Position numbers and translations under genes: made by a program. From Candidatus Omnitrophota bacterium (lineage in GTDB: Bacteria > Omnitrophota > Gorgyraeia > 2-02-FULL-51-18), in assembly GCA_945877765.1 (NCBI GenBank), contig CAMDWQ010000012.1, positions 1 through 64,000 on the forward strand: a DNA stretch of 64,000 bases, read 5' to 3'. The notes under the pieces are model-generated. The model saw only the letters and a list, made by a program, of their open reading frames with translations, had not been told where the DNA came from and ran no database searches. Positions 56,754 through 64,000 of the stretch are shown in pieces (position 1 is the stretch's first letter; each line of letters begins with the position of its first letter).

Positions 56754-58516
56754 TAATTATTCTCCTTCATCGACTGAGGCCAAAAATCATGCTTCTGCCC
56801 CGGTGTGCTGTACTCGTAAGGACCGCGGTAAACCACGGGCTCTTTCAAAAAATTGCCGTGAGGCGGCGGAGTTGGAGTGCTCCATTCCAGCGTCGTTGCC
56901 TGCCAGGGGTTGTCATCCACTTTTTTCCCCTTAAAAATACTCCCAAAGAAATTAATAATAAAAGGAATCTGCGCCAGCCCTAGGCACCACGCGCTGATGG
57001 AAATAAATACGTTCAAAGGCTGAGTGGGCAGTGCATGCGCATACTGCGTCGGGTCATACAAGCGGCGTGACACTCCCGCAAGCCCCATGATGAGCATCGG
57101 CAGGAAAACACCATTCATAAAAATGAGTGAGAAATAAAAATGAATTTTACCGAGCGCCTCATTCATCTTGCGGCCGGTCACTTTGGGAAACCAATGATAA
57201 ATGCCCGCAAAGAGCGCAAATATCGTCCCCGGCGCCACCACGTAATGAAAATGCCCGATCACGTAATAAGTGTCGTGAAGATGAATATCAGCGGCATTGA
57301 GTCCCAGAGGCAAGCCCGTCAAACCTCCGATACCAAACATCGGCAAAAACGCCAGTGCAAACATCATCGGTACTGTGAAGCGAATCGATGCTCCCCACAG
57401 ACTCAAGATGAGCGTCGTCAAAATAACCACCGACGGAATGGAGATGATCATCGTCGTGATTTGAAAAAAGGTGCTCATCGTCGTCCCCATGCCCGTCAAG
57501 TACATGTGGTGAGCCCAGACAATGAAGGACATAAAACCAAGAAATATCGAAGAATAAACCAGCGCTTTGTACCCATAAAGCGGTTTACGCGTATTGCAAG
57601 CCATGACTTCCGAAACGATACCCATCGCTGGAAGAATCAAGACGTAGACTTCAGGATGCGCCAAAAACCAGAACAAGTGCTGCCAGAGAACAGCGTTTCC
57701 CCCGCCAGCCACCGCCGATACAGCGCCGTTGACGACAAGACCTGACGGCATAAAAAAACTAGATCCCAACAGACGGTCCGACAATTGCAGCACACCGGCC
57801 GCCATGAGCGGAGGAAACGCCAAAAGCAGAAGAAAGGAAGTGACAAACTGCGCCCACACAAAAAAAGGAAGGCGGAAAAAAGACATTCCCTTCGTCCGAA
57901 GCTGTACGACCGTGGTGATAAAATTGACCGAACCAAGAAGCGACGAATTAATCAAAAACACCATTCCGATGAGCCACCACGTCTGCCCGCCTGAAGCAAT
58001 GACGGAGAGAGGTGGGTAAGACGTCCACCCCGACTGCGCAGCACCGCCCGGCACAAAAAAGCTCGCCAGCATCAATATACCGCCGATGAAATAAAGCCAA
58101 TAGCTCATCATGTTAAGTTTCGGAAACGCCATATCCGGCGCCCCAATCTGAAGCGGCAGCACATAATTTCCAAAGGCGCCGACAGACAGAGGCACCACCC
58201 CCAAGAAAATCATGATCGTGCCATGCATGGCACCCAACTGATTATAAAATTCTGGCAGCATAATCCCGCCAATCATGGCCGTATCACTAAACCAGCCGCC
58301 GATAAGAGGTAGCGGCTGCCCAGGATACGCCAACTGCCAGCGCATCAAAGAAACCAGCCCAAAACCAAAAAATAAAAAAATCAGAGACGTAACGGCGTAC
58401 TGCACGCCAATCGTCTTGTGATCAACAGAAAAAATATATTTTTTCCAAAAAGGCATCTTATGCCCGTGCCCTGAATCGTGCGTCTGAGCGACGTGCGAGT
58501 GATCGTGATTTGTCAT
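56753..58516 (-). CDS. ctaD: Cytochrome c oxidase subunit I, A1-type
   Basis: MHGT, GWTSYPPL, HPEVY, WAHHM, HFHY. Confidence 0.95.
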   Translation of the reverse strand: MTNHDHSHVAQTHDSGHGHKMPFWKKYIFSVDHKTIGVQYAVTSLIFLFFGFGLVSLMRWQLAYPGQPLPLIGGWFSDTAMIGGIMLPEFYNQLGAMHGTIMIFLGVVPLSVGAFGNYVLPLQIGAPDMAFPKLNMMSYWLYFIGGILMLASFFVPGGAAQSGWTSYPPLSVIASGGQTWWLIGMVFLINSSLLGSVNFITTVVQLRTKGMSFFRLPFFVWAQFVTSFLLLLAFPPLMAAGVLQLSDRLLGSSFFMPSGLVVNGAVSAVAGGGNAVLWQHLFWFLAHPEVYVLILPAMGIVSEVMACNTRKPLYGYKALVYSSIFLGFMSFIVWAHHMYLTGMGTTMSTFFQITTMIISIPSVVILTTLILSLWGASIRFTVPMMFALAFLPMFGIGGLTGLPLGLNAADIHLHDTYYVIGHFHYVVAPGTIFALFAGIYHWFPKVTGRKMNEALGKIHFYFSLIFMNGVFLPMLIMGLAGVSRRLYDPTQYAHALPTQPLNVFISISAWCLGLAQIPFIINFFGSIFKGKKVDDNPWQATTLEWSTPTPPPHGNFLKEPVVYRGPYEYSTPGQKHDFWPQSMKENN

Positions 58517-59262
58517 GAAGCCGCTTTCTCTTTTTCTTGCTCCGCGTACCAGGAGTCAAATTTTTCTTTAGTTTCCACGGTCAAATACCCCTTCATACGG
58601 TAATGGCCCAAGCCGCACAGTTGAGCGCATGTAATTTCAGAATCACATACCCCTGTGGCTTCAAACCAGACTTTAATCGACTGCCCCGGAATCACATCCT
58701 GTTTGACTCGCATGATCGGCAAAGAAAAACTATGAATCACATCCTTAGAGCTTAAATCAACAATCACCGGCGTATGGACGGGCACATGCAGTTGATTGAT
58801 GGTCGTGATATCGTCTTTAGCCAACGGGTCGTCCTTATCAAGGCCGATGGGATTCTCAGGCGTAACCAACTTCGGATCTCTTCTGCCAAATTGACGATCC
58901 CGTCCCGGATACTGGACATTCCAAGCAAACTGCTCGGCGATGACACGCACATGCATGGCCTTGGACTCATCCAGAGGTTGCTGGCGATAAAGATTCCAAA
59001 TAGGGAATGAAAATGCAACAAGCAAAATAACTTCAAATACCAGCACCCCCACCTCAAGATACGTCGGCAGTTTAAAATGATGCACATGATGCTGGGCGGT
59101 CTGTCCCGGCCGCTGGCGAAAGCGAAACAAAAGATAGACAAAAAAAGTAAACCACCCAATAAACAGCACCGCCATAAAGATATGGATCACCACAATCAGC
59201 CGGTCAATCGCCGCGCCGTGTGTTGAAAAATTAGCCGGTAACCACCATCCGTAATAAGGCAT
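58513..59262 (-). CDS. ctaC: Cytochrome c oxidase subunit II
   Basis: DVIHS and CAQLCGLGHYRM CuA site. Confidence 0.93.
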   Translation of the reverse strand: MPYYGWWLPANFSTHGAAIDRLIVVIHIFMAVLFIGWFTFFVYLLFRFRQRPGQTAQHHVHHFKLPTYLEVGVLVFEVILLVAFSFPIWNLYRQQPLDESKAMHVRVIAEQFAWNVQYPGRDRQFGRRDPKLVTPENPIGLDKDDPLAKDDITTINQLHVPVHTPVIVDLSSKDVIHSFSLPIMRVKQDVIPGQSIKVWFEATGVCDSEITCAQLCGLGHYRMKGYLTVETKEKFDSWYAEQEKEKAAS

Positions 59263-59363
59263 AAGCTAGCAGATCTCTCCTTTAATAGGCACGCAGTTCA
59301 GCAACAAGGCACAATTATCACTATTTTATGGCCCCAAGTCAATAAAACGTCACGAGGGCAGGG

Positions 59364-59420
59364 GCGCATATCTTCATGCGTATGCGGCCAAAGAAGCGGG
59401 TTTAGAATGGGCAGAAGTAC
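59364..59420 (-). pseudogene. 57-bp remnant of a paralog/allele of the 61242-62936 gene
   Basis: Encodes VLLPILNPLLWPHTHEDMR like 62847-62903; 49/57 nt identical, all 8 differences synonymous. Confidence 0.85.
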
Positions 59421-59435
59421 GTAAAACTCTACGTA

Positions 59436-59723
59436 CTAACGGTTCCAAGTCACATGCCGGTTGTATTTGTGAAGGATGCTTGCGATGAGTGTCTGATACG
59501 GCATTCCTTCCCGAACAGCGGCAAGTTTTAAGCCTTCCAGATCTCTCTGGGAGAGACGAATGTTGATGCGTTGATTCTTGCCTAAGGTATTCTTAGCCGC
59601 TTGAATCAGGCGGCTCTTCTCCCCTTGAGTGAGCTTGACAGGATGCCACTGACCGGCCTCCATCGAACTAAGAAGCTCTTTTTCTTCCTTGTCTAGTTTA
59701 TAAGACTTCATTTTAATCTCCAC
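59436..59723 (-). CDS. Antitoxin, CopG/BrnA-like ribbon-helix-helix
   Basis: INIRLS..DL..LK..A..EGMPYQTLI. Confidence 0.88.
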   Translation of the reverse strand: MEIKMKSYKLDKEEKELLSSMEAGQWHPVKLTQGEKSRLIQAAKNTLGKNQRINIRLSQRDLEGLKLAAVREGMPYQTLIASILHKYNRHVTWNR

Positions 59724-59994
59724 CCTCTAAATACTTTTTAGTCCATTTGCGGCTAGGAATAATCGTTTTAAGAATAAACTCATTCCCCTTGTCAATAAAA
59801 GGGACGAGATAAACATAATCCCTTATTTTCACCACCAACATCTTCTGATGAGCGTAATTATCTTTGTTGGGATGATCGAAGACTTCTAACACCTTGTCTT
59901 CCTCTATACAAAGCACCACTTCCTCAAAGGATACTCCCCTTTCGCTAACAAGCTTCGCGTTTTTTGCCTCGTCCCATCGGTAAAGGAGCTCCAT
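59713..59994 (-). CDS. BrnT-family toxin
   Basis: WDEAKN......RGVSFEE...LKTIIPSRK. Confidence 0.85.
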   Translation of the reverse strand: MELLYRWDEAKNAKLVSERGVSFEEVVLCIEEDKVLEVFDHPNKDNYAHQKMLVVKIRDYVYLVPFIDKGNEFILKTIIPSRKWTKKYLEGGD

Positions 59995-60000
59995 AGCTAA

Positions 60001-60029
60001 AAGATACCTTGTTGTGTGCCTTTTGTCAA
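60001..60029 (-). promoter_or_regulatory. Toxin-antitoxin promoter, probably giving a leaderless mRNA
   Basis: TTGACA-17 nt-TATCTT, ATG 7 nt downstream. Confidence 0.55.
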
Positions 60030-60037
60030 CCTAAAGG

Positions 60038-61252
60038 TCACGGGAGTAGGGGGACAAACCTCAAGCTTTCTCGGGATAAAACAAGAAGACCTGCTAACCG
60101 CAGTGACCAGGCGGAAACCAGAAATAGGCTTATATAGATCACCCATCGAGGGATCCGATCAGAAAAATCAACCACTGTTTTCGCGGCCAATACCGCCAAG
60201 GCGGGATAACAAGGCAAAAGATAGCGGTCTTCCAAACCTAGCGGTTTTTTAGTGTAAAGCAAGATCGAAAGCGGGACGATGGTACAAAAAGGCCACCAAA
60301 AAAGTACTCGCGTTTTCTTTTGGATGGCAAATATAGTTAGCAAAAAGCCAGGCGACAAATAGATCAGATCCGCTATATAAAAAAACCACGGACGAGTGAT
60401 TGATCGTAGCCACGCCAAAGATTCTTTAGCGCCAACGACTTCTGGAAAATAAAAAAAAGTGCCATAGTTTTGAAAGACCGCACAAAACCAAGCGCCTGTC
60501 ACCAAAAAAACTGACACTATCCACAAGAGCAGCGATTTCCATTCTCTTGTGAAGAAAATAAAAATTGCGAAGATCGCGCTGGTGCGGGTCAAAATAGCCA
60601 ACCCAAACAGCACCCCCGAAAGCACAACCCTAATCAATGAACGATTCTTCCCTTTCCAACATAAAAAACTATAAAGAATAAGCGTCGCACACATAAGATC
60701 AGACCATACCTTAAAAGTAGTAACCAAAAGCACGGGACTAATCAGACAAAAAAGTACCGCCAAAAGACCTGTCATTTTGTCAAAATACATCTTCCCCAAG
60801 AAGAAGACACCTACCAAGAATAAAACCAAAAAAAGCGCATTGGGGAATGCCGCGTAAAACTGCTCGAAGTGAAACTCGGGCGCTTGGTTTCGCCTGAGGA
60901 GTAGAAAATTTAAAGGTCCATTAAATATCTCATGCGATAAAGCAAGAATCGCTGGAAAAAGGGGCGGATTAAAATAAAACTGGGTATCATAATAGGTGGC
61001 ACCGCTTTTAACCAGAAGCGGCAAAAAGCTCCCATCCTTCATATAACTAATTTTCCAGAAATCTCCGACAGAATCAATAGACAAGTCATGAAGATTATAA
61101 GCTGACGCTCCGGTTGCTTGGATTTTTACCGCCAGAGCTGTATAAATAGTCTCATCATCACTGTCTTTAGATAAAAAAGTGCTTCCCAAAGCGATGCCCA
61201 CTGTTATTACAGCCGCACCCAAAACAAATAACACCCAATTTTTATATTTCAT
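60038..61252 (-). CDS. GT-C/ArnT (PMT_2-like) membrane glycosyltransferase (start re-called to MKYKN)
   Basis: DDE..Y after TM1, NPPLF, GLAILTR, RYLLP. Confidence 0.72.
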   Translation of the reverse strand: MKYKNWVLFVLGAAVITVGIALGSTFLSKDSDDETIYTALAVKIQATGASAYNLHDLSIDSVGDFWKISYMKDGSFLPLLVKSGATYYDTQFYFNPPLFPAILALSHEIFNGPLNFLLLRRNQAPEFHFEQFYAAFPNALFLVLFLVGVFFLGKMYFDKMTGLLAVLFCLISPVLLVTTFKVWSDLMCATLILYSFLCWKGKNRSLIRVVLSGVLFGLAILTRTSAIFAIFIFFTREWKSLLLWIVSVFLVTGAWFCAVFQNYGTFFYFPEVVGAKESLAWLRSITRPWFFYIADLIYLSPGFLLTIFAIQKKTRVLFWWPFCTIVPLSILLYTKKPLGLEDRYLLPCYPALAVLAAKTVVDFSDRIPRWVIYISLFLVSAWSLRLAGLLVLSRESLRFVPLLP

Positions 61253-62936
61253 GAGAAAGCTTTCGTATTTTAAAATTGAAAAAATAGAAAAGCGCAACGA
61301 GCGCGAAAATGCCTAGCCCTACAAAAATATAATAAAGTTGCCAACCATCCGGCTTGTCATAATAAGCTTCGAGAGTATGCTTCCCTGATGAGAGCGGAAT
61401 CCTCATACATCCCGCAGTGGTAAGATTTTGTCGCAATTCATCCCCGGACAACTCTTTCGAGTCTACTTTCACGACCCACCCCTTCAAATAGAATTGGTTG
61501 ATTAGGGCCGTTGAGGGCGCACTGCATTCCGCGTCAAATTTTATATGGTAACTATTGCTGTCAACTGCTTCAGTCAAGTCCACACCCTGCTCCGCCTCCA
61601 CAAGCGATTTGCTTCCGCGAGGGTAGAATTCAAGAGTCTTTACCGTAACGGGAATATATTCGTTGCTCTGAGTTAAAGTATAAAATTTTTGAAGAGTGCG
61701 CTCCTTGTAAATCTGAAACTCCGCTGGCGCATCTAGTCGCTTAGAATCAATTTTAAATTGATTGGAATGCCATAGCCCGGAAAGAACTACCAAGATAAAA
61801 ATGGCGAGCACTCTATGGACCGTCTTTGAGGGCCATTTTGCATAGGAAATCCCAGTAGCGCAGATAATCTGTAAAATCGCTGTCACAGATAAAATTCTCC
61901 AGGGAAACTGAACAAATCGCAGGATCTGGGCATTTTCCCAGACATAAGAAAACAGCGGTGTCATGAAAACAATGAGAGCGATGTATAGAACATAGCTTGT
62001 AATAATCAGCTTGTTCTTCCTCCCGAGAATAGCCCCAGCGGTTGCGAAAATAAAATGTGGCAAGCCCAGTTGAAACGACATAAGGTCATTCGAATCACCT
62101 CGAGTTGATATGCCAAATCCCCAATCCCGCTTAAAAAATTGAAGAAAATCTACCGTGTGAAGCTCGGCGGAGTAGGGACCTGTTACCGCCAACGAGAAGT
62201 TGACATATTGTTTCATCAAAATTAGAGGGCGCCAATAGGGAGAAGCCAAGAGAAAGCCCGTGAGCACAAAACAAAAAATACCTAGATAGAATTGCCATTT
62301 CAATGGCTTTGAGACTGGGGCTATGAACAAAGCTAAAATACCAAAAATAGGCACGTAAAAAAGAGTCGTGGCCGGATGAGATAAAATAAGCAAACAAATT
62401 GATAACGCTATTCCCAAACCATAGAGCCATGAAGCTTTGGAAGATTCTATGCTTTTCTTGAATTTGAGTAGAAAAAAAATAGGCCATGGGGTAAGAAGCA
62501 TCGCCGTCAACTCGCTCAGCGCTCCCCTCACATACAAATTCACGTATAAATAAGGCGTGAGCAGAAATAAAGCTGCCAAGAATAAACCCGTGATTTTATC
62601 GGATATTTCCCGACCTAACTGATAGACACCGGCCGCACCAATAAATAAAAGAGCCAACAAAGCCCAATGCATCGTCCCTACGGGATAACCAGGCAATAAA
62701 GAAAATGGCAACGCAAAATAGAAAAAAGCTGGCGGATAAAAAACAAACGTCGGATACCCATACCCCCCGCAAAGATCCGGCAACCAGCGGGGATAAAAGT
62801 GTCCCTGCATGGCAGCTTCCTTAAATTGATCCATAAGAAAAATAAAGCGCATATCTTCATGCGTGTGCGGCCAGAGAAGTGGGTTTAAGATAGGTAAAAG
62901 TACTGCGACGGCGAGGAGAAATATTAATATAAACAT
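61242..62936 (-). CDS. PTPS-related/YfhO-like polytopic membrane protein
   Basis: PRW...GGYGYP.F.FYPP, QFPWR, EY.P motifs. Confidence 0.75.
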   Translation of the reverse strand: MFILIFLLAVAVLLPILNPLLWPHTHEDMRFIFLMDQFKEAAMQGHFYPRWLPDLCGGYGYPTFVFYPPAFFYFALPFSLLPGYPVGTMHWALLALLFIGAAGVYQLGREISDKITGLFLAALFLLTPYLYVNLYVRGALSELTAMLLTPWPIFFLLKFKKSIESSKASWLYGLGIALSICLLILSHPATTLFYVPIFGILALFIAPVSKPLKWQFYLGIFCFVLTGFLLASPYWRPLILMKQYVNFSLAVTGPYSAELHTVDFLQFFKRDWGFGISTRGDSNDLMSFQLGLPHFIFATAGAILGRKNKLIITSYVLYIALIVFMTPLFSYVWENAQILRFVQFPWRILSVTAILQIICATGISYAKWPSKTVHRVLAIFILVVLSGLWHSNQFKIDSKRLDAPAEFQIYKERTLQKFYTLTQSNEYIPVTVKTLEFYPRGSKSLVEAEQGVDLTEAVDSNSYHIKFDAECSAPSTALINQFYLKGWVVKVDSKELSGDELRQNLTTAGCMRIPLSSGKHTLEAYYDKPDGWQLYYIFVGLGIFALVALFYFFNFKIRKLSHEI

Positions 62937-63064
62937 ACAATCATTCTACAGGACTTATTTAGGAAAATCTAAAAAAAATATCCTTTGCAGTCTTTTTTAG
63001 ACGTCCTCTAAATCGGGTAAAGTCCAATTTGACCCCTTTCACCCCTTTCCTTTTTTGGCTGTGT

Positions 63065-63235
63065 TTATAGCTTTCTTGGTTTTTGTTTTTTGAAGAAGCT
63101 GACGATGACGAGAATAAAGGCGATGATGACACAAAAGCGCGTCAGGTCATGAAAGATGTTATTGATTTGGTATTTCATGAGGACGGTGTTGAGCAGAATG
63201 GAGAAAATGAGGAAGATGATGGCGGGTTTACGCAT
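63065..63235 (-). CDS. Small 2-TM protein (56 aa), not in the ORF track
   Basis: MRKPAIIFLIFSILLNTVLM...FCVIIAFILVIVSFFKKQKPRKL*. Confidence 0.55.
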   Translation of the reverse strand: MRKPAIIFLIFSILLNTVLMKYQINNIFHDLTRFCVIIAFILVIVSFFKKQKPRKL

Positions 63236-63240
63236 TAATA

Positions 63241-63543
63241 TTATGAGATGCGCGGCGGTTCAAAAAAGATTCCATAAGGATTCTCGATTTGCTTATCTTC
63301 TTTTGTGTATTCGGCCCAATACACAATGTCTCTGTAGTCTTGTTTAGCCTTACAAGTATATTCGAGCAATGTTTTGAGGTTTCCTTCACTTAATTTCAAA
63401 ATCGCCAATTGAACCCTTTCCCGCTCTCCTTCGTGAGATTCTGTACCGTATGTATTTAAAATTTCTGTGACCTTAAAAAAATCTTCTTTTTGAAAAATAT
63501 TTTTAACAGCGGTTAAAACCTGTTCCCTCTTATAAGCACTCAT
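63241..63543 (-). CDS. Hypothetical protein, candidate immunity protein
   Basis: RVQLAILKLSEG...AK.DYRD..WAEY; directly downstream of a toxin-like ORF. Confidence 0.6.
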   Translation of the reverse strand: MSAYKREQVLTAVKNIFQKEDFFKVTEILNTYGTESHEGERERVQLAILKLSEGNLKTLLEYTCKAKQDYRDIVYWAEYTKEDKQIENPYGIFFEPPRIS

Positions 63544-63558
63544 GAATATATTCCTTTG

Positions 63559-63885
63559 TCAATTGGCCGGGACCATATAATCTCCAACTTGTTTATAACC
63601 TGCTTTTTTAAGCTGTTCGAGCTCTCTTGCAAAAACAGTTGGTCTGTTAAGTTTTACATCCAACAAATTGGCAGAGCGTTGAGGCGATCCTATATAAAAA
63701 GTCGCGCGTCTATCAATACCCCCCTTAACCCAGACATCGTTCACTTCTATGCTCCATTTAGGATCTTTAAGAATTTGATGATTTTGCCAATATTGAGCAA
63801 TGGCAGTGTCCTCATTACGACCTATTACCATTATATCGTCTGTTAGATTTGCCTGCTTATAAATTTGCCAAGCAAGTAGTGTCAA
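63559..63885 (-). CDS. Orphan polymorphic-toxin C-terminal-like domain
   Basis: VIGR..DT...W...N..W...GID...FY..SP...TVFARELEQL..AGY pattern recalled from RHS-type toxin tips; no delivery domain. Confidence 0.45.
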   Translation of the reverse strand: MTLLAWQIYKQANLTDDIMVIGRNEDTAIAQYWQNHQILKDPKWSIEVNDVWVKGGIDRRATFYIGSPQRSANLLDVKLNRPTVFARELEQLKKAGYKQVGDYMVPAN

Positions 63886-64000
63886 GTTCTATGGACACTT
63901 TCAAGAGTGTCTGTAAATAAAATCTTTCTTGGTTTAGCCTTTTTTGGTGGTTGTTCCTGCCTTTGTTTAGAAAGCTCTTGTATGATACCAAAGACCCAGA
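63882..64000 (-). CDS. 3' end of a gene entering from beyond the window
   Basis: Open frame WVFGIIQELSKQRQEQPPKKAKPRKILFTDTLESVHRT*; tail loosely resembles ORF6N-type proteins. Confidence 0.4.
   Translation of the reverse strand, partial: WVFGIIQELSKQRQEQPPKKAKPRKILFTDTLESVHRT

Noticed and set aside
59364-62903. Possible DGR template/variable repeat pair
   Set aside because: Differences are bidirectional transitions and all synonymous, not adenine-specific; the target is N-terminal; no reverse transcriptase in the window
63085-63238. Highly acidic plus-strand frame (EEADDDENKGDDD...) suggesting a DNA mimic
   Set aside because: It is the antisense shadow of the hydrophobic 56-aa minus-strand ORF, which fits the operon direction

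Overview
Bacterial chromosomal window, almost entirely encoded on the minus strand. Gene content (short Mfd, tandem PilB, PVC-like cox operon) suggests a Ca. Omnitrophota/PVC-type organism; this is inference, not a database result. Left end (178-7799): a ~7.6 kb tyrosine-integrase element inserted in tRNA-Ala(CGC). It duplicates the 5' half of the tRNA rather than the usual 3' half and appears to supply a new tRNA promoter inside the integrase tail. It carries int, xis, a primase-less replication ATPase with an iterated origin, a DUF5659-like gene, an unannotated XRE regulator, a SEC-C/PD-(D/E)XK-like protein, an AIPR protein and two self-symmetric dif-like sites. Middle (8-59 kb): housekeeping superoperons (exbBD/TPR, uvrA, rsmA-pdxA-surA-mfd-argS-rsfS-nadD-proAB-obgE-rpmA-rplU-rng, type IV pilus pilQPONM-pilA-pilC-pilB x2, rodA-mrdA-mreDCB, aroA-rluA-lgt-lspA-dksA-ileS-yggT-proC-yggS, A-type cytochrome c oxidase). 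Several families of short palindromic repeats are scattered through it, some translated in frame. Right end (59.3-64 kb): a variable island with a BrnT-type toxin-antitoxin pair, two GT-C-like membrane proteins, a synonymous-only gene scar and an orphan polymorphic-toxin/immunity-like cassette. All product calls rest on motif recognition; no searches were run.
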